Source: a virus (lineage: Duplodnaviria > Caudoviricetes). Taken from it: DNA of 57,276 nt. Below are positions 46,508 through 57,145 of this stretch, piece after piece. Each line of letters starts with the position of its first letter. Within the stretch, counting starts at the first letter, position 1. The notes under the pieces are model-generated. The model had not been told where the DNA came from. It saw only the letters and a list, made by a program, of their open reading frames with translations, and did not search any database. Made by a program: the position numbers and the translations under genes. The DNA lies in the IMG/VR virus record IMGVR_UViG_3300025890_000031, positions 1 through 57,276 of that record, one strand, 5' to 3'.

Positions 46508-49500
46508 CTACTTAGCAATCCTCCTCTGCCTTCTTCTTCTATCCTTACTAATTCTCTTCTAATATTTTCAGCTATATTTCTAGCAACTATTGGGTCAGTT
46601 GGAAAGCCTGTAACATTGACAGTTACATTAGTTTCACCAAATCCACCACTTTCTAATGGTGATACTTTTACACCACTAGATGTAGATGTAATTAATTCTG
46701 CTCCTCTTTCTCCTACTACTCCTTGACCACCTACTGGTAAGAAACCTCCTTTAGAAAACATTGGAAGATTTGGCGGAATAACAAATGAACCACTAGATGT
46801 AGTGGTTGTAGTTGTAGGAGGTACTACTACTGGTGGTGTACTAACTGTTGTAGGAAACAATGAATATTTACCTAGTAAACTATCTATTCGAGATTCTGCT
46901 ATACCAGCAGATACAGCAATAGAAGTAAAGAACGCTACTTGTCCAGCCGCTAAATCAGGCAAACTATCATTAATTGTATTTAATTGTTGTTGTGCACTAG
47001 CAACTCTTAGTATAGCTTCTTCTTCCCTTGAACGAGCATCTGCTATTTCGTCAGGTAAATCTTTTATTTTTGTTTGTATATCTAATAATTCTTGTTCTGC
47101 TGTTATTAATTCTCTTGTAGGTTCATCAGCTTCTTTCATTGCGTCTGCTAATTCTTCTTCTGCAACAGCTAATTCTAAGGTAGCGTCTTGTCCTTCTTCT
47201 ACAGCTTTTTTGAGAAAATCTCTTCTTCTAGTTATATCCCTTATTCGTAATCTTTCAGAAGCAGTTCTTTGACCATCTCTTTCTCTAAGTCTATCAACTT
47301 CAGATAATGCACCAGCTAAGCTATTTGTTACATCAGTTTGCTCTGTTAATAAATCATTTAATTTTTTAGTAGCTGAAGCTAAGTTTCTGTCAGCTGCTAC
47401 TTTAGAAATCTTGCTTTCTATTGCATCTATAATAGTTGCAAAACCTTCTAAGTTTTTATCAAATTCTGATACAAAATCTCCAGCTAAATCAGCACTTATA
47501 GCATCTATTTCATTTTTTACATCAGAATCTAAAAATACTCTACTATAGAAAGTCATTAAATCATCTTTAGTCATGTTTATATTTCCTTCGTCTAATAGTT
47601 GTGGTATAAACGATTGTGGAACATTTGCTGCTGTAAAAAAATCATTAGATTCACCAAAAATACTGAGTGCATTTTTTTGGAAACCAGAATTGAAACTTGC
47701 ACCTATTTTTCCACCATTGTCTGCAAATTGTTTTTCTATTTCACTAAATATTGGTGGTAGTTCACTACCAAACATTTCTTTGAAAAACTGAGGATTATTT
47801 TCTGCTATTAACATTTCCATAAATCTACCTAAATCTTGGTCGCCAGCTAATATTTGATTTATTAATTTAGTTGTTCCTGCACCTTCTTGTCTAAATACAT
47901 CCACTAACCCAGCTAGTCCTGCTTCAGCTAATCCTTTTAATGCTTCTTCAAATTCTTCTTGCCTTTGTAACTTAACAACTAACCTAGCTATAAACTCATC
48001 TATACTTGTTTCTACATCTGGAGCAATATCTGAGAAAGCATCAAAACCATCACGAAGACTTTCTTTTACTGAATCATTGAAAAAATCTAAAGCAGATTTA
48101 ATAGAACCTTGTCCTTCCTGTAGTCCTTCTGCTAAAGCATCTCCAACATCTATTCCTAATGCTTTTAACGCTTCTACTTCAGCTTGAAGTAAAGGTTCGT
48201 TTTCTTCTATACCTTCTAATATAGATAAAATTAACCGTGCTGCTCCCATTTTTAGTTTATTTGCTGGGTCGAGCATAGCTTGTGGCTGTACTTCATTTGC
48301 TATAGCTTTTTGTATTTCTTCTATTGTATTTATACCATTAACACTTAGCTCATCAAATCCAGTTATACTATCTACTATTCCTATAAGTTGTTCTTTTAAT
48401 TTAAAAGCATCTCCAGAGTTAACACCATTATTAATAGCGTTAAATAACATATTGATATCTACGCCAGCATCTTGTAGTAATTTTAAGTCTTCTCTTGGGT
48501 TGTCACCTAATAATCGTTCTATTAGGTCTAGTTTTTCTGCTGCCGATAGTTCGTCAAAACTAGCTCTAAGATTAGATACTGCATCTACAAAGTTAGCTGT
48601 TTTTATTTCAGCTCTTATCATCTGTGCTACAACTAATCCTATTACTGCTAACGCTGCTGTAAATCCACCAGCTAGTGCACCTACACTTCTAGTTGCACCA
48701 AGCATAGCTATTTCAGTTGCTCCTATTGTTGTTTTTAAAACAGCAAATGCAGTTTTGTAAGCCAGAATACCAATAATTGAAGAAGCCATTAACATTCCTA
48801 AGTTTCTAACTAAAAATATTGTTAATTTAATAGAAGCACTTCCTTGATTGTAAGCATTAGTTAAACCAGCTACTGTATCAGCTACATTTTTGACCATAGG
48901 TAAGAATGCTTCACCTAAGTCAATTTTTAAATCATTAATAGCATTATTCATCAGAATTAATCTTGAAGTTGCTGTTTCTACTCTCTTCTGAAATTCTTCT
49001 TCCAAAGCATTAGCTGCATCTTCTATTTCTTCTTGTGCCCTTGCTAATTCAAGAGCTTTGAAAAACTCTGGAGCTGCTTGTGATGACCTTAAAAGAACAT
49101 CTCTAACACGAACTGCATTAAGACCTAATTTTTCCATAATGGCGAATACATCTTCACCATCTTCTTTCATAGCGTTTAAGCCTTTCAAAAATTCAGCAAC
49201 TGCCATAGCAGCGTCATCTTCAAACGCTTCCTTAAATTTATTTGCAGACATACCAGCTACTCTTGCTATAGTGTTTAATTCTTCTCCACCTGTTCTAGTA
49301 GCTTGTTGTACAGTTACTAAGAAACGGCTCATAGCAGTACCACCTAATTCAGCTCTAACACCTACTTGTGAAATAGCTGCTGATAAAGCAAATATATCAG
49401 GAACAGACATACCAACTACACGACCAGTACCAACTATTCTCATAGCTAAGTTAGTCATCATACCTTCTGTGGTAGCAAAGTTGTTACCAAGTTCAACTAT

Positions 49501-50031
49501 TACACCACCTAGCATTTTGAAAGAACTTTCAGGTAATTTAGCAATAGAGGCTAACCTAGCCAAACTGAATGCTGCACTTTCGGATGACATAGTTGTAGTT
49601 GCTGCTAATTTAGCGACTGTTTCAGTAAAAGCTATTAATCCAGATTTACTAATTCCTAACTGACCTGCTACTTCGCCAATTCTATTTATTTCTTCTACAG
49701 CTATTGGTAATTCTTTAGATAAGTTTCTGATACCAGCAGCTAATATTTCAAATTCTGCATCAGTTGCTTCTACTGTTTTTCTAACACCTGTGAAACTATC
49801 TTCAAAACTTCTAGCAGCCGTTATAATATCTGCAAAGTTTCTAGCTACTGCTCTTGCTCCTAAACCAGCTACGAAAGCAGCAGAAAATTGTCCACCCATT
49901 GTACGAGCGAATTGCACCACCATGGGTGCTTGTCCACGCATACCTGTTCTGAATTGTGTTCCGAAACCAGCAAACGAAGGTAAAATTTGAAGCAGTCCAG
50001 CTAAACCGCCTTTTCCAATGTCTTCTGCCAT
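46504..50031 (-). CDS. Tape measure protein (TP901 family)
   Basis: 1175 aa helical; FEDSFTGVRKT, LGNNFATTE, AELGGTAMSR; C-terminal VGERGAEL. Confidence 0.92.
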   Translation of the reverse strand: MAEDIGKGGLAGLLQILPSFAGFGTQFRTGMRGQAPMVVQFARTMGGQFSAAFVAGLGARAVARNFADIITAARSFEDSFTGVRKTVEATDAEFEILAAGIRNLSKELPIAVEEINRIGEVAGQLGISKSGLIAFTETVAKLAATTTMSSESAAFSLARLASIAKLPESSFKMLGGVIVELGNNFATTEGMMTNLAMRIVGTGRVVGMSVPDIFALSAAISQVGVRAELGGTAMSRFLVTVQQATRTGGEELNTIARVAGMSANKFKEAFEDDAAMAVAEFLKGLNAMKEDGEDVFAIMEKLGLNAVRVRDVLLRSSQAAPEFFKALELARAQEEIEDAANALEEEFQKRVETATSRLILMNNAINDLKIDLGEAFLPMVKNVADTVAGLTNAYNQGSASIKLTIFLVRNLGMLMASSIIGILAYKTAFAVLKTTIGATEIAMLGATRSVGALAGGFTAALAVIGLVVAQMIRAEIKTANFVDAVSNLRASFDELSAAEKLDLIERLLGDNPREDLKLLQDAGVDINMLFNAINNGVNSGDAFKLKEQLIGIVDSITGFDELSVNGINTIEEIQKAIANEVQPQAMLDPANKLKMGAARLILSILEGIEENEPLLQAEVEALKALGIDVGDALAEGLQEGQGSIKSALDFFNDSVKESLRDGFDAFSDIAPDVETSIDEFIARLVVKLQRQEEFEEALKGLAEAGLAGLVDVFRQEGAGTTKLINQILAGDQDLGRFMEMLIAENNPQFFKEMFGSELPPIFSEIEKQFADNGGKIGASFNSGFQKNALSIFGESNDFFTAANVPQSFIPQLLDEGNINMTKDDLMTFYSRVFLDSDVKNEIDAISADLAGDFVSEFDKNLEGFATIIDAIESKISKVAADRNLASATKKLNDLLTEQTDVTNSLAGALSEVDRLRERDGQRTASERLRIRDITRRRDFLKKAVEEGQDATLELAVAEEELADAMKEADEPTRELITAEQELLDIQTKIKDLPDEIADARSREEEAILRVASAQQQLNTINDSLPDLAAGQVAFFTSIAVSAGIAESRIDSLLGKYSLFPTTVSTPPVVVPPTTTTTTSSGSFVIPPNLPMFSKGGFLPVGGQGVVGERGAELITSTSSGVKVSPLESGGFGETNVTVNVTGFPTDPIVARNIAENIRRELVRIEEEGRGGLLSR

Positions 50032-50072
50032 ACATTAATTAGACAGGATATATAATTAAAATCAAGATAGGA

Positions 50073-50366
50073 TTACGGCTTATATAATTGGTATTTTAAA
50101 GTTAGCTCTTCTAATGGTTCTATATTTCTAATAGTATGTAAATACCAAAATCTACCATCTTTAACTATTTGACAATTAGGTTTTTCAGAATAATTAACAA
50201 AACCACCAAGCGGTGTTCTAATAATTTCTCCAGTTTCCATATCAATAACATGGGTGTTTCCTAAATTTATATCTTTATCAATATCACTTAAAGAAAATAA
50301 TCCTAAGCCTTCTATTTTACTAGGCTTAATAGTTAAAAAATCTGGTAATGGTCTATAGCTTGTCAT
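50073..50366 (-). CDS. Minimal SET-domain protein (lysine methyltransferase-like)
   Basis: S.IEGLGLF, GGFVNYSEKPNC, EELTLKY. Confidence 0.85.
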   Translation of the reverse strand: MTSYRPLPDFLTIKPSKIEGLGLFSLSDIDKDINLGNTHVIDMETGEIIRTPLGGFVNYSEKPNCQIVKDGRFWYLHTIRNIEPLEELTLKYQLYKP

Positions 50367-50419
50367 TTTTCAATAACCATATAAACAGATAATTGAATAT
50401 AACAATAAATAATACTACT

Positions 50420-50986
50420 TCAACCATACTGTTCACCTTTCCACTTTGTATTAAAGATATCTTCATCTTCCCAGCACCATTTGCTACTGCTCCAGTCTTT
50501 CCATTGTGTTCTATTATAAATATCTTCTGCGAGTATTGATGCAAACATTATATTGTAATATGGAGAAAACTGAACTTTTGTTTGATTAAAATTAAAAGAA
50601 GTTTTAGATACTTCTGAATTGATATATGGTTCGCCTTTATAAAAGATTTCCCAATAATTATATTCTGGTAAAGCGTATTCTTTTGCTATCCAATTCCATG
50701 TCCAAGGTACAAACTGCATGACACCAGAATCGCCATTATCATCTCTATAAGCATTTACTTTACCACGACTTTCACACCAACCTATTCTTACAGCAGTTGA
50801 TATATTTTCTTCATCAAAAAATTTATAGTATAAGTTTGAATATTGATACATAGATTCAGGAACATTATCTTTACAGTTAATGTATCCGTCTATGTAATAA
50901 TCATCAGGCATATCTCCACTACCTAAAGTAGCCAAGAATATTATGCAACTTGCTATCATAAGGATTATTTTAACTAGATATATCAT
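50420..50986 (-). CDS. Secreted lytic transglycosylase (SLT/lysozyme-like)
   Basis: Signal/TM N-terminus, CES catalytic Glu, GVMQF..W, W..W. Confidence 0.75.
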   Translation of the reverse strand: MIYLVKIILMIASCIIFLATLGSGDMPDDYYIDGYINCKDNVPESMYQYSNLYYKFFDEENISTAVRIGWCESRGKVNAYRDDNGDSGVMQFVPWTWNWIAKEYALPEYNYWEIFYKGEPYINSEVSKTSFNFNQTKVQFSPYYNIMFASILAEDIYNRTQWKDWSSSKWCWEDEDIFNTKWKGEQYG

Positions 50987-51282
50987 CCAATGTCAACGTT
51001 TTAGTTGGATTTCTTTTAGGCTGTTTAAATGTTTCTCTAAATTTATCTTTAGCCCATTGATTTGGAGCTTCTTTAGCCTTTTGTTCTTCTTGTTCTACGC
51101 TCTCTGTTTTTTGGTTTAGCAGCCTGAAGAAATTACTTTCTGGTGGTAAAGAAAATAAAAGCCTACGAAACCTAGTCCATACAAGTAATAAAGGATTTTT
51201 TATATTATAGAAATGTAAAAAATCAGATTCTATATACGCCCAATATAATAATACGTCATTGAACGACCATATTATTTTGGGG
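50970..51282 (-). CDS. C-terminal -1 frame of the tail assembly chaperone (gpT-like)
   Basis: -1 frame open from the slippery site to TAA at 50970; contains W..IESDF..FY and WTRF..LL..LPPES. Confidence 0.75.
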
Positions 51283-51646
51283 AATCAGCTGATTCTTCAC
51301 CTTCAACTATTTTTTCTAGCTTTTCGTCTAAATCTAATTCTGGTGCTATTCCGTATTGTTGTAATAACCAAGTAGCTAAATCATTAATTTGTTCCCAAGT
51401 TGCTCCAGATTCTAAAATAGATTCTAAGTTCTTTTCTCCAATTAATACTTCTAGCCATAATGGTATTTGATTAGGGTCTATCATTGCATCATTAGCAAAA
51501 AATTCCATTTGCTTTAGTACTGCTTTAGCTGATATTTTACCTGGCAAGGTATACGAAATACCTTTCATGTTAAACACAATATCTGGAACTTCTAGTTCCT
51601 CTACTGCTTCGTCAAAGTCTTTAAATTTTAATGGTTTATCTGACAT
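51272..51646 (-). CDS. Tail assembly chaperone (gpG-like)
   Basis: Between the major tail and tape measure genes; ends in slippery CCCCAAAA-TAA. Confidence 0.8.
   Translation of the reverse strand: MSDKPLKFKDFDEAVEELEVPDIVFNMKGISYTLPGKISAKAVLKQMEFFANDAMIDPNQIPLWLEVLIGEKNLESILESGATWEQINDLATWLLQQYGIAPELDLDEKLEKIVEGEESADSPK
51275..51282 (-). promoter_or_regulatory. Programmed -1 frameshift site C-CCA-AAA
   Basis: XXXYYYZ heptamer just before the stop codon; open -1 frame downstream. Confidence 0.75.
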
Positions 51647-51685
51647 AACCTCCACTTACTCCTGTCTGTTCAGTTACTATTTAAT

Positions 51686-52273
51686 CTAGTCTGCTGTTTC
51701 GTCAACAATTTTAAATATATCAGTTCCATTACCACTTAATGCGGATGGCACTAATAATCTAAATTGAGCTGAAACGAGAGTTTTAGCAGGTGCTTTTTGA
51801 TGTTGCATCTGTATTGCCCCTACTGCTACTGCTCTAGGTATTTGGACTTCTCTGACTCTATTGTCAGCATCGCCTCCACCACCTCCTGGTGCTTGTACCC
51901 TAAGCATAACAGACCACTCGGTAAATCCTGCTGTTGTTGGTGGTACAAAAGTTTTAGTGTTTGCACTAGAATCAGTTGTAATAGTTCCACCAGACATTGC
52001 ATATTTGAGATTCTCCAATGTAGCCTGAGCTAACTCGCCAGATAGATTAATGGTTTGAGCTGTTTTATAAATATCTATTGGGTCGATTTCCTCAGCTACT
52101 ACAATATCTTCAAAAGTTCGGTCAATCTCAAATGTCCAACCGTCTTCGGAATAACCAACATGTGTCCAACCACTTGCAGGTGTTGTAGAAGGGTTTGCAG
52201 GAAAGTCTGTACCAACTGCACCAATGTATAAATCACCAGTACCAATTAAGACATCATCTACGCTTTTAGCCAT
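51686..52273 (-). CDS. Major tail (tube) protein
   Basis: G.G.LY...W..VGYSEDG pattern; position after tail terminator. Confidence 0.85.
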   Translation of the reverse strand: MAKSVDDVLIGTGDLYIGAVGTDFPANPSTTPASGWTHVGYSEDGWTFEIDRTFEDIVVAEEIDPIDIYKTAQTINLSGELAQATLENLKYAMSGGTITTDSSANTKTFVPPTTAGFTEWSVMLRVQAPGGGGGDADNRVREVQIPRAVAVGAIQMQHQKAPAKTLVSAQFRLLVPSALSGNGTDIFKIVDETAD

Positions 52274-52297
52274 TTTCTAGCTCCTTCTCTTATCCTA

Positions 52298-52513
52298 TTA
52301 TTCTTCTTCGTCAGAAGAATCTTCTATAAGTAACGGTAAACCTGCAATTACAAGCAAATCTAACCCACTATCTTTTTTATTTTGAACTTTCTTCCAATCA
52401 CTTTCGGTCATTGAAGCTATTTCACCTTTTTTAATTGTATCGCCATTTGGTAAAATTACCGCATCAACAGATACTTCAGGGTTGATATTTACTTGTAGTT
52501 TAGCTTTATTCAC
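52298..52513 (-). CDS. Hypothetical protein
   Basis: 71 aa in the tail operon. Confidence 0.6.
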   Translation of the reverse strand: MNKAKLQVNINPEVSVDAVILPNGDTIKKGEIASMTESDWKKVQNKKDSGLDLLVIAGLPLLIEDSSDEEE

Positions 52514-52961
52514 TATTACTCCTGTAGGTCATTGTAGCATCAAAAGAATAACGTGCTAGTCCTATGCCTTCTTCGTCTATCCTTCTAACATTACTTGTAA
52601 CACTAAATCCGTATATATAACCAACAGCTGCACCTGATGAAGTTATTTGGTTATCTTGATTAGCAAACGCTTCTTTTAATACTGTATTTGCTACATTAAA
52701 AGCCGTTTGATAATCAGGCTTATTCTTTGTATTATCTCCACCCCAATTACCAGCGTAAGCATCAAATTGAAAATCTGCTCTACCAATTAATGCTTCAGAT
52801 TCATCAACGCTACCACCTAATAGAGTTATAACTAGAAAAGGTAGTGTTGGTTCGGTTGGTAAGTTAGTTGCTACTCTAGTTCCTAATAAATCAGTAATAG
52901 AGGTTTTAGATAAACACCATTGTCTAACTAATATTTCTGAATCTGGTAATGCAGTAACCAT
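52506..52961 (-). CDS. Tail terminator/completion protein
   Basis: LP...LPFLVI...QFDAYA pattern; synteny. Confidence 0.7.
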   Translation of the reverse strand: MVTALPDSEILVRQWCLSKTSITDLLGTRVATNLPTEPTLPFLVITLLGGSVDESEALIGRADFQFDAYAGNWGGDNTKNKPDYQTAFNVANTVLKEAFANQDNQITSSGAAVGYIYGFSVTSNVRRIDEEGIGLARYSFDATMTYRSNSE

Positions 52962-53443
52962 TATAAAGTACCTTTTTTACTTGCCTCTATTGTAGCACGT
53001 AAGCCTTTTCTTATATAACCAGATGCCCTTTGACCATTTATAAATCCATATATCCAGTTATCTGGATTTCCTACTGGTTTTTTAATTTCTGTAAACACTC
53101 CTCTTATACCTGTTCCATACTCTACGAAAGACCAATAAGGTGCTAAGTCAGCTCTTTTGTTCTTTGGAGTTGAAGCACCAATAGTTATACCAGCGATATA
53201 TTTTGGTTTATATCTTTGACCAGACTGCACGACTAAACCAACATCTTTTTCAGGGTCTAATGGTAATATTGAATCTCTTAATCTACCTGTATCTACAGGT
53301 GTAAATCTTCTTACTTCTCTAGCTAATCTATTACTAATTTTTCTTAAAAAACTTACATAGTTTCTTTGATTTTCTAATGCTTTTAATAAAGCAGGTTCAT
53401 TTACAGTTACTTCAAACACACCACCAAATTTAAAACTATTCAT
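52961..53443 (-). CDS. HK97 gp10-like neck protein
   Basis: TPVDTGRLRDSI and FVEYGT motifs. Confidence 0.85.
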   Translation of the reverse strand: MNSFKFGGVFEVTVNEPALLKALENQRNYVSFLRKISNRLAREVRRFTPVDTGRLRDSILPLDPEKDVGLVVQSGQRYKPKYIAGITIGASTPKNKRADLAPYWSFVEYGTGIRGVFTEIKKPVGNPDNWIYGFINGQRASGYIRKGLRATIEASKKGTL

Positions 53444-53781
53444 TCGGTTGTGTTCCTTCGCATTTCTATTCTTTTATGATGATTAGTACCGTCAAAATCT
53501 CTAACTAACCTTACTGAAGTAACATTATAATATTTAGTATCATATTTGATTCTATCAAATTCATCTACAGCAGTATCTGGTTCAACAACAGCTAAGTATC
53601 GTTCTATATTAAAATTTAAAGTTCTATTCTCATCATCTCTGACTTCACGAATATAAGTTTTCACACCAGCTGAAGTTGTAGCCCATGATTCAGTAGAGTT
53701 ACCTCTATCATCTAAACCACTTCCAGAAGTTTTTTGTATGTCTATAGTTTGATTTAATACGGATTTAACTGCTCTATCCAT
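53440..53781 (-). CDS. Head-tail joining (stopper) protein
   Basis: DDRGN...W, DRI...Y.V pattern; synteny. Confidence 0.7.
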   Translation of the reverse strand: MDRAVKSVLNQTIDIQKTSGSGLDDRGNSTESWATTSAGVKTYIREVRDDENRTLNFNIERYLAVVEPDTAVDEFDRIKYDTKYYNVTSVRLVRDFDGTNHHKRIEMRRNTTE

Positions 53782-53784
53782 AGA

Positions 53785-54237
53785 CTACCTCTGACCTGGG
53801 TCGTATAATTCTCCTCGCCTACCTTCGCCTTCAGGGTGGTCGTGTATTTCTATTTCAAAATTGGGTTGCACTAAATTATCATTTTCGTGATAAGAATATG
53901 CTTCTTTCTCATGTTTATCAATAGAAGCAGCAAATGGTTTTGCAGGAGCTACTCTCATAGCCATAGTTCTTAGTTGATTAGCCATATTTAAGTAGTTTTC
54001 AAATCTTTGTCTTTTAGCAATAGACATGCCTTCTAATGTAGTGGAAACATCTCTACTAAATTTTCCTGCAATAGTTTCACAGCATTGTGCTGCCGAATAA
54101 TAAACATTAGGTTGTTGTGACGAAACGAAATCTATTTCTTCGTCTGATAATAGTTGGTCGCTTGTATCTGTGTCACCGATTAGTAGTCGGATTTTATCTC
54201 TATCGGTAGATACTGATGCGTTATACGTCCAAGTCAT
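53785..54237 (-). CDS. Head-tail adaptor protein
   Basis: DKIRLLIGDTD...LLSDEEI. Confidence 0.75.
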   Translation of the reverse strand: MTWTYNASVSTDRDKIRLLIGDTDTSDQLLSDEEIDFVSSQQPNVYYSAAQCCETIAGKFSRDVSTTLEGMSIAKRQRFENYLNMANQLRTMAMRVAPAKPFAASIDKHEKEAYSYHENDNLVQPNFEIEIHDHPEGEGRRGELYDPGQR

Positions 54238-54550
54238 CTTCGCCTACTTCTGGCTCAGATACTTGCTCCCATGCTTCATTAACATCAGGAGTAGATGGGT
54301 CATCTGCTTTAAAAGTTCCATCTTCTTTTTTAGCCCTTTTCTTTTTAGCCTGTGGTTTAGGCTTAGGCTTAGGCTTTTCCTCTTTAACTTGTTCTACTTC
54401 TTCTATCTCTTCTATAACTATTTCTCCAGCAGAAACAAGTGCTGGTAAATTAACAAAAGTTTCTACGATTTCAGCAGGAAGTTCCTCCCCAAAGTCAAAT
54501 AATTTGCCTTCGAGTTTGATTAACTTACCTGCTGAGTATCGTACTGACAT
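54221..54550 (-). CDS. Hypothetical protein downstream of the major capsid gene
   Basis: E-rich and KP-rich linker; ADDPSTPDVNEAW tail. Confidence 0.65.
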   Translation of the reverse strand: MSVRYSAGKLIKLEGKLFDFGEELPAEIVETFVNLPALVSAGEIVIEEIEEVEQVKEEKPKPKPKPQAKKKRAKKEDGTFKADDPSTPDVNEAWEQVSEPEVGEDDLDV

Positions 54551-54557
54551 GTTAGTT

Positions 54558-55535
54558 TTAACCTACACATCCTGAAAAGAAGATACCTAAATCAGAGCTT
54601 ATTAGCTTGGAATCAAAAGCCATTTGACCTTCAATTCTATCTGATTCGGTTGCTTCCATACGGAATCTTTTAATTCTAACACCTGCACCACCTGCACCTG
54701 AGAAACCAGTCCAAGCAAAGTGATATCCAGCAGACGGTTGATTTAGTCCTGGATTTGGATTTGAATACATTAATAATGCGTTCTTACCAAAAACGAAACC
54801 CATGCTATCAGAGGCTTGCTCTTCAGCAGTGTTTTCTATAGACATTGCAACCACAACTTTGTCCACACCGAATAGGGACGCAAGAAGGTCTGTCGAAACA
54901 ATACCTCTTTGAGTATATTTTATTCTATCAAGAATATCAGCGTGATTACGCAAGGAGTTAAGAACTTCAGCTCCAATTACAAGAACATTAGGCATGTACC
55001 CTGTGGACTTAGCCATAGCGATAGCATTATTCTGTATGTCTTGAATTGGTGTCGAACCTGACGCATCCCATTGCTTAATCTGGGAACTGTTAGGTGTCCC
55101 TGACACTCCTGTTTTATCTGTGTCCCAGATACCAGTAGTGAAATAAGTGCTTGTCCAAATCTTCTCTCTTTTAAGGAGTAGTTGATTTGTGACGAACATT
55201 GTTGCGTCTTTGTCCATGTTAATAGGACTGTCGGCGTTAGCTTTAGTTTGGTCATCCACATCTTTGTGAACCGCATACACATCTGCATAGTATGTAGGTG
55301 TGTTGTCGATTGTATAACCAACCCCTTTAGATTCCGAACCAGGAGCTCTTAGGTCTGCCTCGGTACGAAACCAGTCGCCTTTGTTGTACTTGAAGTATCT
55401 GTCGGATTGTTTTTGTACAGGAATAATTGGGAATACAGTACCTGCAATATACTTTTCAGCTTTTTGCATGTACGCAACCGATATGTTAGTAAGTGGCTTA
55501 TTAACATGAACATCTGATGCTGTTGGATTTGCCAT
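54558..55535 (-). CDS. Major capsid protein
   Basis: 325 aa; LTNISVAY, FP..PV.KQS, PN..V.G pattern; elevated GC3; follows the decoration gene. Confidence 0.88.
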   Translation of the reverse strand: MANPTASDVHVNKPLTNISVAYMQKAEKYIAGTVFPIIPVQKQSDRYFKYNKGDWFRTEADLRAPGSESKGVGYTIDNTPTYYADVYAVHKDVDDQTKANADSPINMDKDATMFVTNQLLLKREKIWTSTYFTTGIWDTDKTGVSGTPNSSQIKQWDASGSTPIQDIQNNAIAMAKSTGYMPNVLVIGAEVLNSLRNHADILDRIKYTQRGIVSTDLLASLFGVDKVVVAMSIENTAEEQASDSMGFVFGKNALLMYSNPNPGLNQPSAGYHFAWTGFSGAGGAGVRIKRFRMEATESDRIEGQMAFDSKLISSDLGIFFSGCVG

Positions 55536-55915
55536 TATGCACCCCTTCCAATATTACCTAATAGTACAGTTGCAAGTTCCCCTGCTGCTGCACCTTCTAA
55601 TACTAATCCAGCTGAATACTTCGTTGTATCTGTTCCAGCTGCAAAAACAGCTGCCTGACCATCAGCAGAAGAATGAACCAAATTGCCTGCGGCAAGAGTT
55701 TCATCTGCTTCTACTTTTGATACACCTGATATCATTACCTTTGCAGCCTGACCTGCTTCAGGTTTATTTTGCAATACACCTAAAACAATGTCTGTTTCTG
55801 CATCTGCTAAATCAATTTGTCCATCAGATTCCATTGTTACGAATTGGAACTGATTGGATGACAAATCTTCTCCAGCGGTGAAAGATAGTACGTATAATGG
55901 AGTTTCAAACGCCAT
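55535..55915 (-). CDS. Capsid decoration/cement protein
   Basis: GVLQNKP..G..A.V...G..KV pattern; between scaffold and capsid genes. Confidence 0.75.
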   Translation of the reverse strand: MAFETPLYVLSFTAGEDLSSNQFQFVTMESDGQIDLADAETDIVLGVLQNKPEAGQAAKVMISGVSKVEADETLAAGNLVHSSADGQAAVFAAGTDTTKYSAGLVLEGAAAGELATVLLGNIGRGA

Positions 55916-55917
55916 AA

Positions 55918-56832
55918 TTAACTCACCTTTCCTTCGAGATATCTTTGATACAATTCTGGGTTATCTAGTAGTGCTTTCTCATAGGCTTGCTCGTAAGTTG
56001 TACCGTCAGTCATTAAAGACTTAGCTACAGCTTCGATTTCGCCATTTGAGTCAGATTCACTAGATGAACCAACTTCAGCGAAAAGTGAAGATTTTCCGAT
56101 TGTAGAATCAACACCGTTAAGCATTTCTTCTAATGCAGAAAATTCTTCATCTTCCAAAGTTTCAGCAACTTTTTTCAATAGAGAAGCTAATGCTTCTTGT
56201 TCTATTGGTAAGTTACTGAATGTTCCAGCTTTATCAGAATACTCTTTAGAAAGTCTAGCTTCCTTTTCAGCTTCAGCGATAGCCATTGCATTATCTGCAT
56301 CAGCTTGTGCTTTAGCTACAAGTTCCTGTATTACTGGGTCTGCCGATTTAAGAATAGCTTCTTCTTCATCTACTTCCTCAACGGAAATGTCAGAAAATGC
56401 TTTTTCTAGCTCGGAGATTTTACTGTCTTGCTCTTCGGCTGTTGCCTCTAAAGCAGTAACAGTATCTTCCAGTTTCGATACGTATGAACGTATCTCTTCT
56501 GGAGTTTCTTCAAGCATAGTTGACAAGTTTTCTTCATTTAAGTTTTCACTCATAATGATATTTTCTCCTTCTTCTATGTTATCTTGATTGTTTAAGGAAA
56601 TTGTATCAACTTCCTCAACACCTGCAAATTCACTTTCGCCAGATTTGTGCAAAACGACTGTTGCTAACTCGTTAGCTGGTCGTCCTACTAAACTGACTTC
56701 GTCAAAAACCATATTCTGTAATCTTTTAGCAAATGGAAGTTTTTTCTTCTTCTTTTTTTTACGACCATCCATTGGGTCGGTCATAGCGTCTTTTGCACTA
56801 TACTCTTTGTTATATTTTTCTACTTCACTCAT
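55918..56832 (-). CDS. Scaffolding protein with protease-like EVSLV motif
   Basis: DEVSLVGRPAN followed by a long acidic coiled coil. Confidence 0.75.
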   Translation of the reverse strand: MSEVEKYNKEYSAKDAMTDPMDGRKKKKKKKLPFAKRLQNMVFDEVSLVGRPANELATVVLHKSGESEFAGVEEVDTISLNNQDNIEEGENIIMSENLNEENLSTMLEETPEEIRSYVSKLEDTVTALEATAEEQDSKISELEKAFSDISVEEVDEEEAILKSADPVIQELVAKAQADADNAMAIAEAEKEARLSKEYSDKAGTFSNLPIEQEALASLLKKVAETLEDEEFSALEEMLNGVDSTIGKSSLFAEVGSSSESDSNGEIEAVAKSLMTDGTTYEQAYEKALLDNPELYQRYLEGKVS

Positions 56833-57145
56833 TGTATATAAATCTGTCTGCTAATCCTTCATTACTTTTTTTAAATGTGCTCACCATTATAGGCTTTTTG
56901 CCATCACGTGCAACTTTAGATTCTGCCTTACGCTTACGGCTAACAGCACTTCTTTTTTGAGAATCTGACATTGAAGATGCTACCCTAGAAGGAACACATT
57001 TAGGGTACTTTCTTTGGTATTCTCTTGATGACATACCAGCTGATGGTCTACCACATGCTTGGTAACCTCCACCTTTTTTAGGTGCAGATATATCAACCCA
57101 TGACTCTTTAAACCAGCGTCTTAATCCACCTTGATATGTAGACAT
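56825..57145 (-). CDS. Basic DUF5872-like protein
   Basis: GLRRWFKESWVDI...CGR...YPKCVP. Confidence 0.65.
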   Translation of the reverse strand: MSTYQGGLRRWFKESWVDISAPKKGGGYQACGRPSAGMSSREYQRKYPKCVPSRVASSMSDSQKRSAVSRKRKAESKVARDGKKPIMVSTFKKSNEGLADRFIYNE

